Positions 17,166-27,232 of a DNA stretch of 64,000 nt are shown here, piece after piece; the first letter of the stretch is position 1, and the number at the start of each line of letters is the position of its first letter. Below the pieces are notes generated by a model. The model ran no database searches. It was not told the DNA's origin and saw nothing but the letters and a program-made list of their open reading frames with translations. Source of the DNA: an uncultured Actinomycetota bacterium (GTDB lineage: Bacteria > Actinomycetota > Actinomycetes > UBA12327); the NCBI GenBank assembly GCA_963850215.1, contig CAWKKI010000004.1:143588-207587 (forward strand), in the 5' to 3' direction. Position numbers and translations under genes: made by a program.

Positions 17166-18920
17166 ATGACCACCTCGGGCATGGGTGAGTTCGACGGCGG
17201 CGAGTTCGTCCATCCATTGCGCGACTTCGCCCTGATCGCCGACGGTGAACGGGGCGCACTGATCGGACCGGACGGAAACATCGTGTGGATGTGTGCACCG
17301 CACTGGCACAACGACGCGGTGTTATCGCAGTTGATCGGTGGCCAGGGCAGCTACGCGGTCACCCCAGCAGGCCGCTACACGTGGGGTGGTTCCTATCAGG
17401 ATGGCACGCTGATCTGGCGTGGCCGATGGGTTGCCGATCACGCAATCATCGAATGTCACGACGCACTCGCGCTGCCCGCCGACCCCCATCGCTCGGTTGT
17501 GCTCCGACGAATACACGCGGTCAACGAGGACGCACACGTCCGCGTCCACCTCGACATGCGCGGCGGGTTCGGTAAGCGGTCGATGCGCGAAGTGCGTCGC
17601 CACGACGACGGCACCTGGACTGCACGAACCGGCGATCTGAGGGTGCGCTGGACCGGCGCGGCCGTGGCGCACCCCGACGACCAGGGTGGTCTGTCCTTCG
17701 ATCTGCGAGTGTCCGAAGGCGCAACGCACGACCTTGTGCTTGAGGTGAGTGACCAGGCACTGCCATCTGTGGAACCCCCAGATCGGATGTGGGACTCCAC
17801 TCGCGGCGCCTGGGCGGGGCGAGTCCCGGATATGACCAACACCGCCGCTCCGCGCGATGCTCGCATGGCCGCAGCCGTGTTGCATGGGCTGACAAGCACG
17901 GGCGGCGGAATGGTTGCCGCCGCGACGATGAGCTTGCCCGAGCGAGCCGACCATCACCGCAGTTACGACTACCGCTATGCGTGGATCCGCGACCAGTGCT
18001 ACGCCGGCATCGCTGCGGCCGAGGCTGGGATGGATGACCTGCTCGATGCTGCGGTCGGATTCGTCTCCGAACGTGTGTTGGCGGACGGGTCGAAGTTGCG
18101 CCCCGCCTACCTGATCGACGGTAGTCAGGTGCCCGATGAGCACACTCTTCACTTGCCCGGGTTCCCAGGCGGTACCGACATCGTTGGCAACTGGGTCAAT
18201 CAGCAATTCCAGCTCGACTCACTGGGCGAGGCCCTGCGGCTTCTAAGCGCAGCCGCGCACAAGGACCACCTCGACGCCGACGGTTGGCGCGCCATGCAGA
18301 CCTGTACTCGAGTAATCAGGGAGCGTTGGGATGAACCTGACGCCGGGATCTGGGAGCTCGACCCCGACTGGTGGACGCAATCGCGATTGGCCTGCGTGGC
18401 CGGATTGCGGCAAGGCGCCGCGGTCGCGCCGACCGGACCGGATACCGGCGAGATGTCGACTCTTGCCGACACGATCCTGGCGAAAACGAGCGCCACCTGC
18501 CTGCATGACGACGGACATTGGCAGCGCAGCCCCGGCCGGCCCGGCGTCGATGCGGCGCTGGTGTGGCCCGCCGTCTGCGGCGCGTTGCCTGCAGACGACC
18601 CGCGAACGGTGGCGACTCTCGAAGCCGTCATCCGCAACCTGACCCTTGAGCGCTACGTCTACCGCTACACGGACGATGACCGACCACTGGGCGAAGCCGA
18701 GGGGTCGTTCCTGCTGTGCGGCTTCATGGTCGCGATGGCTCATCTGCAGCAGGGGCACCACACCGAAGCGTTGCGTTGGTTCGAACGCAACCGAGCGGCC
18801 TGCGGAACACCTGGATTGTTCTCCGAGGAATACGACGTTCAACAACGCCAGCTACGAGGCAATCTCCCCCAAGCCTTCGTCCACGCCGTAATGATGCAAG
18901 CCGCGGTCGCACTCGGCTGA
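17166..18920 (+). CDS. glycoside hydrolase family 15 protein (glucoamylase/trehalase-type)
   Basis: N-terminus is LIADGERGALIGPDGNIVWMCAPHW. The (alpha/alpha)6-region motifs YDYRYAWIRD and FSEEYD are present. Confidence 0.85.
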   Translation: MTTSGMGEFDGGEFVHPLRDFALIADGERGALIGPDGNIVWMCAPHWHNDAVLSQLIGGQGSYAVTPAGRYTWGGSYQDGTLIWRGRWVADHAIIECHDALALPADPHRSVVLRRIHAVNEDAHVRVHLDMRGGFGKRSMREVRRHDDGTWTARTGDLRVRWTGAAVAHPDDQGGLSFDLRVSEGATHDLVLEVSDQALPSVEPPDRMWDSTRGAWAGRVPDMTNTAAPRDARMAAAVLHGLTSTGGGMVAAATMSLPERADHHRSYDYRYAWIRDQCYAGIAAAEAGMDDLLDAAVGFVSERVLADGSKLRPAYLIDGSQVPDEHTLHLPGFPGGTDIVGNWVNQQFQLDSLGEALRLLSAAAHKDHLDADGWRAMQTCTRVIRERWDEPDAGIWELDPDWWTQSRLACVAGLRQGAAVAPTGPDTGEMSTLADTILAKTSATCLHDDGHWQRSPGRPGVDAALVWPAVCGALPADDPRTVATLEAVIRNLTLERYVYRYTDDDRPLGEAEGSFLLCGFMVAMAHLQQGHHTEALRWFERNRAACGTPGLFSEEYDVQQRQLRGNLPQAFVHAVMMQAAVALG

Positions 18921-18965
18921 ACAAGGGAATCCGCAGGCGACCGCTACTGACACTTCCTCGAAATC

Positions 18966-20504
18966 TCACCCTTTCCGTTTGGGGTGTCGGACTCGGGACC
19001 CAGCTCGTTTGACCGCGGATAGCGGCTTGGCCACTGACTCGAGGGCCTTGTGCTCGGCGTCGATGCCGAGGAAGACTTCAGTCAAGCCGCCGAGAATCAT
19101 CAGCACCGCGCCCACCAGATACCCGATGGCTAGTTTCGTCGGGTCGGATCCGTCGCCGATCAGGTGTCCGTAGAAGATCGGACCGATGGCCGCGAATCCC
19201 TGCGCGATTGAGAAAAAGACTGCGATGGCCTTAGCACGCACCTCGAGCGGGAAGATTTCACTGACGGTCAGGTAGGCCGCGCTGGCGCCGGCCGAGGCGA
19301 AGAAGAATATGACGCACCAGGCGATGGTTTGCGTATACGCATTGAGTACTCCCGCTTCGAAGAGCGCGGCACTCACGGCCAAGAGTGCTCCGGACACGAT
19401 GTAGGTGCCAGAAATCATGATCCGGCGACCGACGCTGTCGAATAGCCGTCCGATCGTCAGTGGACCCGCGAGGTTTCCGATCGCGAAAGCGATGAGGAAG
19501 ATTGGCGCCGAGTCCGCGGAGACACCGTAGAACTTCGAGAGCACCAACGTGTAGGTGAAGAAGATCGCGTTGTACAGAAAGGACTGCGAGACCATGAGCG
19601 ATGCGCCCAGGATGGCGCGTCGTGGATAGGTGACGAACAAGACTCGGGTGAGCACGAGGTAACCCGTGTGTTCGACCGGCTTGATCTCCAGAGCCTTGTC
19701 GTCGCTGACCTTAGTCAATGTTGTGCCGTGCGACTCGACTTCCTGTTCGATCTCGTCGATCGATTGCTCAGCCTCGTTTTCGAGACCGTTCATGATCTGC
19801 CAGCGTGGGCTCTCCGGGAGGTTGCGGCGCACGAAGATGATCACCAACGCCAGGATTGGACCGATCAGGAACGCCACCCGCCAGCCCACCGAGGGCGCGA
19901 ACACGTTGAGGCACAACAAACTGACCAGGGTGCCGATGATTGATCCGGCCCAGTAGGTGCCGTTGATGGCGATGTCCACACGACCCCGGTACTTGGCCGG
20001 GATTAGCTCGTCGATCGCCGAGTTGATTGCGGCGTACTCGCCGCCGATGCCGGTTCCGGCGATGAAACGCGTTGCATAGAGGAACAGCACCCAACCCGGG
20101 CCAGTCCCGGCGGTAGCTGCGGTCAGGCCGCTACCGATGAGATACACCCCGAGTGTGATCATGAAGAGTTTGCGTCGGCCGAGTTTGTCGGAAAGCCGAC
20201 CGAATCCCAGGGCGCCGACTACCTCCCCGACCAGATAGACAGTCGCTATCGCACCGACTGCGGTGGACGACAATCCGAGGGTGTCTGGCTGACCCAACGC
20301 GGCCGCCACCGCACTCGCCACCGTGATCTCAAGACCATCGAGCACCCACGCGACACCGAGAGCGATGACGAGTCGGGTGTGAAACGGAGACCACGGCAGT
20401 CGATCGATACGCGCCGGGATCAGCGTTGTGATCGCAGAACTTCCGCTCTCAGTTTTAGTGCTCGCCATGTCAACCCCCGAAGCCACGTCGCGCGTGTGAC
20501 GCAT
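18966..20504 (-). CDS. MFS transporter (sugar/metabolite porter type)
   Basis: 12-TM profile, with GRLSDKLGRRKLF and PESPRW motifs. An alternative ATG lies at 20468. Confidence 0.85.
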   Translation of the reverse strand: MRHTRDVASGVDMASTKTESGSSAITTLIPARIDRLPWSPFHTRLVIALGVAWVLDGLEITVASAVAAALGQPDTLGLSSTAVGAIATVYLVGEVVGALGFGRLSDKLGRRKLFMITLGVYLIGSGLTAATAGTGPGWVLFLYATRFIAGTGIGGEYAAINSAIDELIPAKYRGRVDIAINGTYWAGSIIGTLVSLLCLNVFAPSVGWRVAFLIGPILALVIIFVRRNLPESPRWQIMNGLENEAEQSIDEIEQEVESHGTTLTKVSDDKALEIKPVEHTGYLVLTRVLFVTYPRRAILGASLMVSQSFLYNAIFFTYTLVLSKFYGVSADSAPIFLIAFAIGNLAGPLTIGRLFDSVGRRIMISGTYIVSGALLAVSAALFEAGVLNAYTQTIAWCVIFFFASAGASAAYLTVSEIFPLEVRAKAIAVFFSIAQGFAAIGPIFYGHLIGDGSDPTKLAIGYLVGAVLMILGGLTEVFLGIDAEHKALESVAKPLSAVKRAGSRVRHPKRKG

Positions 20505-20532
20505 TCGCGGCGATTGCGGTCAGTTCCGGCGG

Positions 20533-20558
20533 ATACCCGCAACTTTTGCGCGCTATAC
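20533..20558 (-). promoter_or_regulatory. candidate SigF/SigB-class promoter (GTAT-N16-GGGTAT) for the MFS gene
   Basis: Plus strand reads ATACCCgcaacttttgcgcgctATAC, which is the reverse complement of the motif. Confidence 0.5.
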
Positions 20559-20633
20559 CCGCCCCGCACAAGGCGCACCCGCCGCGGCTGACCCGGAATG
20601 CGTTGCATTCCTGCGCCTAGACGCGCGACTCGT

Positions 20634-20659
20634 GTATCGATCCCCGTGGCATCGGGTAC
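20634..20659 (+). promoter_or_regulatory. candidate SigF/SigB-class promoter (GTAT-N16-GGGTAC), 8 nt before the PoxB-like ATG
   Basis: Sequence is GTATcgatccccgtggcatcGGGTACtggtcgtcATG. Confidence 0.55.
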
Positions 20660-20667
20660 TGGTCGTC

Positions 20668-22441
20668 ATGGGCCAGATCACTTCCGACGTACTTATTGCG
20701 CGACTAGCCGAGTGGGGCGTTGACACCGTCTTCGGAATTCCGGGTGACGGGATCAACGGCATCATGGAAGGGCTGCGTCGCCACTCGGACAAGGTGAAGT
20801 TCGTCCTTGTCCATCATGAAGAGGCCGCGGCCTTCATGGCGACCGGATACGCGAAGCAGACCGGTCGACTGGGTGTGTGTTTGGCAACCTCGGGACCAGG
20901 TGCGATCCATCTGCTTAATGGCCTCTACGACGCGAAACTCGATCACGTGCCCGTGCTCGCGATCACGGGCATGCAGGAAACGAGCCTTCTGGGCACCGGC
21001 TATCAGCAAGAAGTGCATCTCGAGCACCTATTCGAGGATGTCGCCGAGTACAACCAGATGATCGTCAATCCCGCGCAACTGCCGACGCTGCTAGACCTCG
21101 CGATCAAGACCGCGTTCGCTCGTCGCGGCGTCGCGCACCTCACCATCCCCAACGACATCCAGGTGGCCGATGCAGGAAGCGAGCCGTGGCCCAGCGTTGC
21201 GCCGGCCGCGTCGCCGCACACCTCGGCGCGCTATCTGCAGCCGACGATCCGTCCCGAGGACGAAGACGTCCGCACGGCCGCCCACATTCTCAACGCCAGC
21301 AAGAAGGCAGCCATTCTCGTTGGCATCGGCGCGCGCGGCTCCGCCGATCTGATCGAGCAACTCGCCGATCACCTGGGCGCCCCGGTGGTGAAGTCGCTGA
21401 GCGGCAAGATGGTGCTTCCCGACGACTCGGTCTATACGACTGGCGGGATTGGACTGCTCGGCACGGCACCCAGCGAAGATCTGATGGACGACATCGACAC
21501 GCTGGTGATGCTCGGCACCAACTTCCCGTACACGAAGCACCTACCCAAACCGGGCGCGGTCAAGGTCGTTCAGGTGGATATCGATCCCGTGCGCGCGGGG
21601 GGTCGTCTTCCCACGGATGCACCGTTGATCGGCGATGTGAGCACGACGCTGAAATCGTTGCTCGCACTCATCGAACGACACGACGATCGAAGCCACCTCG
21701 AGAAGTACCAACGGGCGATGAACGAGTGGCGGACCTCGATGGCGTCCTTGGAGAACCCCGACCGCGACCCGATCGCACCGCAGTATGTCGTCAAGGTGCT
21801 CGATGAACTCGCGGCCAACGATGCTGTGATGACCTGCGACTCCGGCACCATCGCCACTTGGGCCGCGCGCCATTGGACGATCCAAGGCGAGCGCGAGTTC
21901 TACCTGTCCGGCAACCTCGCCTCGATGGCCCCTGGCCTGCCGTACGCGATCGGCATCGCGGACGCGAACCCGGGGCGCGAGGTCCATCGCGTATGTCGGA
22001 GACGGCGGCTTCGCCATGCTGATGGCGGAGTTCAACACTGCGGTCCGCTACGGGCTGCCGATCAAGGTCGTCATCAACAACAACAATGCGCTCGGCCAGA
22101 TCCTGTGGGAGCAGATGGTGCTCGGCTATCCCGAGCACGGCGTCCGCTTCACCGAGCCGCAGCCGGATTACGCCGCGTGGGCCCGAGGTTGTGGGGGCGT
22201 TCGGCACCACACGTATCGAAGCCCCACGACGTGCGCGATGCGATCACGGCCGCGCTCGAGTACGACGGACCAGCGTTGGTCGACGTGAGGTGTCAACGCG
22301 GACGAGCCGCCGATGCCGGGCAAGGTGAACTTCGAACAGGCCCGCAAGTTTGCTGAGGCGTTTCTCAAGGGTCAGCCACGGAAAGCGGCCATCGCCACGA
22401 CGCTCTTCCAGGACCGCATCCAGAAGCTCAAGTCTCACTAG
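20668..22441 (+). pseudogene. thiamine-diphosphate enzyme, pyruvate oxidase/dehydrogenase (PoxB-like), 3' part broken by four +1 frameshifts
   Basis: N-terminus is MGQITSDVLIARLAEWGVDTVFGIPGDG. The family sequence continues across frames 1, 2, 0, 1 and 2: ...PGREV / IAYVGDGGFAMLMAEFNTAVRYGLPIKVVINNN...ARGCG / AFGTTRIE / PHDVRDAITAALEYDGPALVDV / VNADEPPMPGKVNFEQARKFAEAFLKGQ...KLKSH*. Confidence 0.75.
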
Positions 22442-22455
22442 GACGGCGACCGCTC

Positions 22456-25400
22456 ATGGCAGCAGTTGAAGTCGGATTGCCGAAACTTCGACCCGAGCAT
22501 GACGAGGTCGATGCCGAAGGCCTCGCCGAAGCGCTCGTAGCTGGCGTACGCGGCGAGGTGGCCTTCGACACGGGGGCTCGTGCGCTCTATTCGACCGACG
22601 CGTCGAACTACCGTCAGGTCCCGATCGGGGTCCTCACCCCACTCGACGTTGACGACGTGGTCACCGCCGTCGCGATCTGTCGCGACTTCGGCGCGCCCGT
22701 CACATGTCGAGGAGGAGGCACCAGCCTCGCGGGCCAGTGCACCAACAAGACAGTCATATTTGACCTGTCTCGTCACGTCAATCAGGTCGAGTCGGTAAAT
22801 GAAGAGAAACGAACGGCGATCGTGCAGGCCGGTGTCGTGCTTGACGAGCTGAACAAGCAGGCGCGCAAGCACGGTGGTCTCGTCTTCGGCCCGAAACCGG
22901 CGACACATGATCACTGCACGCTTGGGGGGATGATCGGCAACAACTCGTGCGGATCGACGGCCCAGTGGAGCGGGACGACCGCAGCGAACGTGCGCCGCCT
23001 TGAGGTGCTCACCTACGACGGTCTGCGCATGTGGGTAGGCCCGACCGATGACGCCGAGTACGAGGCAGTCCTTCGCGAGGGCGGTCCCCGGGCGGACATC
23101 TACCGAAAACTGCACGAGCTTCGTCTCGGGTTCGCGGCTCAGATCAAGGAGGTCTACCCGAACATCCCGCGGCGCATCTCTGGCTACAACCTGCCCGACC
23201 TGCTTGCGGAGAACGGCTTTAACGTGGCGCGCGCGTTGGTGGGCTCGGAATCGACGTGCGTGATCCTGCTGCGCGCCGAGGTGACGCTGCTGCCGGAGCC
23301 GACGCACGTGGCAGCCCTACTTGCGGGCTACTCCGACATCGCGACGGCGGCCAAACATGTGCCGCTCGGGAACACGCTGCAGCCGTATGTGTTCGAGGGC
23401 ATCGATCACCGGCTGATCGAGTACGAGCGCAAGCGTCGACTCAACACCGTCGCTCTGCACGAGGTCCCGGATGCGGGCGCGTGGCTCCTATTGAAGCTGA
23501 CGGGCGAGGACGATGAGGCTGCTCATGCGGCCGCGTTGAGGGCGCAGAAGACGCTCGAACGCGACGGCGACGTGACGGTTTCGCGCATCTACACCGACAA
23601 GTCGGAGATGGATGAGCTCGACTCCGTGCGTGAGGCCGCACTCGGCGCTACCGCCCGTGTGCCCGGGATGCCGGACACCTGGCCAGGGTGGGAGGACTCT
23701 GCCGTCTCGCCGGATCGGCTCAGCGACTACCTCATTGACCTGCAGAAGTTGCTCGACGACTACGGCTACGGAGCAGCGTCGCTGTACGGGCACTTCGGGC
23801 ACGGATGCGTGCATACGTCCATCCCGTTCGACCTGACGACGACAACGGGGATCGCACACTTCCGGTCGTTCGTGACGCGGGCGGCTCGACTCGTTGTGTC
23901 GTATGGCGGGTCGTTGTCCGGCGAGCATGGCGACGGCCAGGCTCGGGGCGAATTGCTGAGCATTATGTTCGGCGACGAACTTGTCGGCGCGATGCGCGAG
24001 TTCAAGGCCATCTTCGATCCCGCCGGACGAATGAATCCCGGCAAGATCGTCGACCCCAATCCGTTGGACTCAGAACTTCGCCTGGGCGTCGGGTGGCCGC
24101 CAGAACGTCCGGAGACGCAGTTCGCGTACCCGGAGGATGGCGGGTTCGCAGGCGTGCCGACCCGCTGTTTCGGTGTGGGTGCCTGTCGCCGCCATGACTC
24201 GGAGTCCGGCGGGGTCATGTGCCCGAGTTACATGGTCACGCGCGAGGAAAAGCACTCAACGCGCGGGCGCATGCGGCTGCTGTTCGAGATGATGCGCGGC
24301 GAGACGATCACCGACGGCTGGCAGAGCGAAGAGGTCGCAGAAGCCCTCGACCTGTGTCTGGCGTGCAAGGGCTGCAAGTCCGACTGCCCGGTCAGTGTTG
24401 ACATGGCGACCTACAAGTCGGAGTTCCTCTCGCACCACTTCGAAGGCCGTCGCCGACCGATATCGCACTACTCGCTGGGTTGGCTTCCGCTATGGGCTCG
24501 GCTGGCGGCGGTCGCTCCGCGCGCAGCCAACGCAGTCACTCACGCACCCGGACTTTCGACACTCGCCAAGATGGCGGCGGGGGTGGATGTGCAGCGGGAC
24601 GTGCCTCGGTTCGCGCGCACCCGATTCACGACACGCTTTCGCCGCCGGAAGGTGGTTGGGACACGGACAGGTACCGACCGCGGACACGTGTTGCTGTGGC
24701 CGGACACGTTCACGAACAACTTCTCGACCGAGATCGCGATCAGTGCGGTGGTGGCGCTCGAAGCCGCCGGGTTCACAGTGCATGTGCCGCAGCGAACGGT
24801 CTGCTGCGGTCTCACCTGGATATCCACTGGGCAACTCGGTGTGGCTCGCAGCGTGCTGTGCAGGTCGCTCGACGTCATTGCGCCGTATCTCGATGCTGGG
24901 ATGGCTGTGGTCGGGTTAGAGCCCAGTTGCACGTCGGTGTTGCGCGCGGACGCGTATGCACTGCTGCGCGGCGGCGGGGATGGCGCTCCAACAGATCGGC
25001 GTTACTTGGATCTCGTTGACAGGCTGCAGCGACAGACAGTTACGTTCGCGGAGCTGCTCGATGATCGCGCACCTGACTTTGCCCCGCAGTTTGATGGGGG
25101 CGGACCAGCCGGTGGCTCCAGCGCAGCCGGGACGTCCGGTAGACCGGCCATCGTGCAACGGCACTGTCACCATCACGCGGTCCTGGGCAATCGCGCGGAC
25201 GAGCACGTGATGAAGCGAATCGGACTCGACGCGAAGGATCTCGCCAGCGGGTGCTGCGGGCTAGCTGGCGACTTCGGTATGACTCCCGAGCACCGCGACG
25301 TGTCGATGGCGTGCGCGGAGCGTGCGCTGTTTCCCGCTCTCGATGATCTGAAACCGGGCACGCTGCTGCTCGCTGACGGCTTCTCGTGCCGCGTGCAGGT

Positions 25401-25503
25401 CGCGGCACACCCGTCCAAGCCGCGGGCCTATCACCTGGCTGAAGTGGTGGCGATGGCCGCAGTGCCTTCCCGCTCGGTGACGGTCAGCCTCGATGAGCAA
25501 TGA
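22456..25503 (+). CDS. FAD-binding (GlcD-like) and Fe-S cluster-binding (GlcF-like) fusion oxidoreductase
   Basis: 1015 aa. N-terminus carries RGGGTSLAGQ of an FAD_binding_4 domain. The central region has CxxCxxCxxxCP (CLACKGCKSDCP), and the C-terminus has CCG-type cysteine motifs. Confidence 0.85.
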   Translation: MAAVEVGLPKLRPEHDEVDAEGLAEALVAGVRGEVAFDTGARALYSTDASNYRQVPIGVLTPLDVDDVVTAVAICRDFGAPVTCRGGGTSLAGQCTNKTVIFDLSRHVNQVESVNEEKRTAIVQAGVVLDELNKQARKHGGLVFGPKPATHDHCTLGGMIGNNSCGSTAQWSGTTAANVRRLEVLTYDGLRMWVGPTDDAEYEAVLREGGPRADIYRKLHELRLGFAAQIKEVYPNIPRRISGYNLPDLLAENGFNVARALVGSESTCVILLRAEVTLLPEPTHVAALLAGYSDIATAAKHVPLGNTLQPYVFEGIDHRLIEYERKRRLNTVALHEVPDAGAWLLLKLTGEDDEAAHAAALRAQKTLERDGDVTVSRIYTDKSEMDELDSVREAALGATARVPGMPDTWPGWEDSAVSPDRLSDYLIDLQKLLDDYGYGAASLYGHFGHGCVHTSIPFDLTTTTGIAHFRSFVTRAARLVVSYGGSLSGEHGDGQARGELLSIMFGDELVGAMREFKAIFDPAGRMNPGKIVDPNPLDSELRLGVGWPPERPETQFAYPEDGGFAGVPTRCFGVGACRRHDSESGGVMCPSYMVTREEKHSTRGRMRLLFEMMRGETITDGWQSEEVAEALDLCLACKGCKSDCPVSVDMATYKSEFLSHHFEGRRRPISHYSLGWLPLWARLAAVAPRAANAVTHAPGLSTLAKMAAGVDVQRDVPRFARTRFTTRFRRRKVVGTRTGTDRGHVLLWPDTFTNNFSTEIAISAVVALEAAGFTVHVPQRTVCCGLTWISTGQLGVARSVLCRSLDVIAPYLDAGMAVVGLEPSCTSVLRADAYALLRGGGDGAPTDRRYLDLVDRLQRQTVTFAELLDDRAPDFAPQFDGGGPAGGSSAAGTSGRPAIVQRHCHHHAVLGNRADEHVMKRIGLDAKDLASGCCGLAGDFGMTPEHRDVSMACAERALFPALDDLKPGTLLLADGFSCRVQVAAHPSKPRAYHLAEVVAMAAVPSRSVTVSLDEQ

Positions 25504-26597
25504 GCGGCATCCGCTCCCTCGAGACGGCTGTCTTTCGGGTGCCGACTGATCACACCGAATCCGATGGCACCTTGAGTTGGTCGGCAACGACCGTCGTCAT
25601 TGCCACTGTCTCAGTCGGTGACGTCAATGGCGTTGGCTGGACGTATGGGCCGGCCGCAGCCGGTGTTCTCATTGGCGAGCTGCTTGAGCCGGTGGTCGTT
25701 GGGGCCGACCCACTCGACATTCCTGGCATTCATGAGCGGATGCGGCGGGCAACCCGAAACGCGCCTACACCAGGTCTGTCGTCGCTTGCGATCAGTGCCG
25801 TCGACGTGGCGTTGTGGGATCTGAAGGCGAAGTTGCTGGGTGATCCACTGTGGCGACTGCTGGGGCGGGCCAGGACGCGGGTGCCGGTTTATGGCAGTGG
25901 GGGCTTCGTCAGCGAGACGGACGCAATGCTTGTTGAGTCGATCGAGCGGTGGAAGGCCGTGCACGTCGGTGCGGTGAAGATCAAGATCGGTGAGGACCGT
26001 GGGCACAACATGGTGCGCGACATCGCTCGGATCGAGCGGGTGCGTTCGTTGATAGGGGACGACATCGGCTTGATGGTGGACGCCAACGGCGGCTACTCAC
26101 CCTCCCAGGCCCGGCGGATTGGACCGATTCTGGATGCGGTGGGAGTGGTGTGGTTTGAGGAGCCGGTGTCTTCGGACGATCTCGAATCGTTGGCGCTTTT
26201 GCGCTCGTATCTGGGAACTGACATCGCGGCTGGGGAATATGGCACCTCGCCGGACTACTTCCGCCGGATGTGTCAGGCCGGAGCGGTTGACTGCTTGCAG
26301 ATCGATGCGACCCGGTGCGGCGGGTACACGGGCTTCCTGCAGGCCGCGTCAGTTGCGTACTCGTTCGGACTCGACGTGTCATGCCACTGTGCGCCGCACC
26401 TGCATCTACCCGTCGCAGCCGCGATTCCCAATCTGCGCCACGTTGAGTTCTTCGACGATCATGTGCGCGCCGACTCGCTGCTTTTTGAGGGCTGCCCACC
26501 GGTGGAGTTCGGCTCCATGCAAGCCGATGGCACGGGTTCCGGCCACGGCATCTCGTTGAAGGGCGTGCAAGCCGACCGGTACCGCGTCGAGGTCTAA
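25500..26597 (+). CDS. enolase superfamily enzyme (mandelate racemase/muconate lactonizing family)
   Basis: Shares an ATGA overlap with the upstream gene. KIKIG, MVDANGGY and WFEEP motifs are present. Confidence 0.8.
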   Translation: MSGIRSLETAVFRVPTDHTESDGTLSWSATTVVIATVSVGDVNGVGWTYGPAAAGVLIGELLEPVVVGADPLDIPGIHERMRRATRNAPTPGLSSLAISAVDVALWDLKAKLLGDPLWRLLGRARTRVPVYGSGGFVSETDAMLVESIERWKAVHVGAVKIKIGEDRGHNMVRDIARIERVRSLIGDDIGLMVDANGGYSPSQARRIGPILDAVGVVWFEEPVSSDDLESLALLRSYLGTDIAAGEYGTSPDYFRRMCQAGAVDCLQIDATRCGGYTGFLQAASVAYSFGLDVSCHCAPHLHLPVAAAIPNLRHVEFFDDHVRADSLLFEGCPPVEFGSMQADGTGSGHGISLKGVQADRYRVEV

Positions 26598-26887
26598 GTC
26601 AGCGACCCGGCGATGTGGTGGTGATTGGGTCCGTTCGACTGCGGGTTTTCATACGTGCAGCGCCCATGTGTTTTGGCCATGCATGCGAACGTCACAACAT
26701 CCATCTGATCGGTAGTCCCGGGCGCTGCTCGCGGCGTCACTGGGCTCACTCGACTGTCGGCTCTGGAGGGTTCACACTGCCGTTGTAGCGACAACGGGAA
26801 GGGATCTTGGGTGGATGAGAACTTGGCACGCGATCGGCTGAGCACTGTTCCGGCTGCGGAACTCACTCTCGAGGAAGCGCGAAGCTT

Positions 26888-27232
26888 ATGAGCGGCGTCG
26901 ATCCCATGGCGGTGCCGAGCGGGACTGGATGCGCCGATTGCGAGTCGGGCGACGGACCCGGCTGGTGGCTGCACCTTCGCCGGTGCGCACAGTGCGGCAG
27001 GATTGGTTGCTGCGATAGCTCTCCCTCCCAGCATGCCTCCCATCACGCAACGTCGGCGAGCCATCCGATTGTGAGCAGTTTCGAGCCCGGTGAGGATTGG
27101 TTCTGGGACTACCAGCGCGAGCAATACGTAGAGGGCCCCACGCTCGCGCCACCCCAGCATCACCCACTCGACCAACCCACACCCGGCCCAGCCGGAAAGG
27201 TGCCCGCTGACTGGGAACGACGATTGCGGTGA
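26888..27232 (+). CDS. UBP-type zinc-finger protein
   Basis: Carries the Cys/His pattern CADCESGDG..WWLHLRRCAQCGRIGCCDSSPSQHASHH. Confidence 0.75.
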   Translation: MSGVDPMAVPSGTGCADCESGDGPGWWLHLRRCAQCGRIGCCDSSPSQHASHHATSASHPIVSSFEPGEDWFWDYQREQYVEGPTLAPPQHHPLDQPTPGPAGKVPADWERRLR

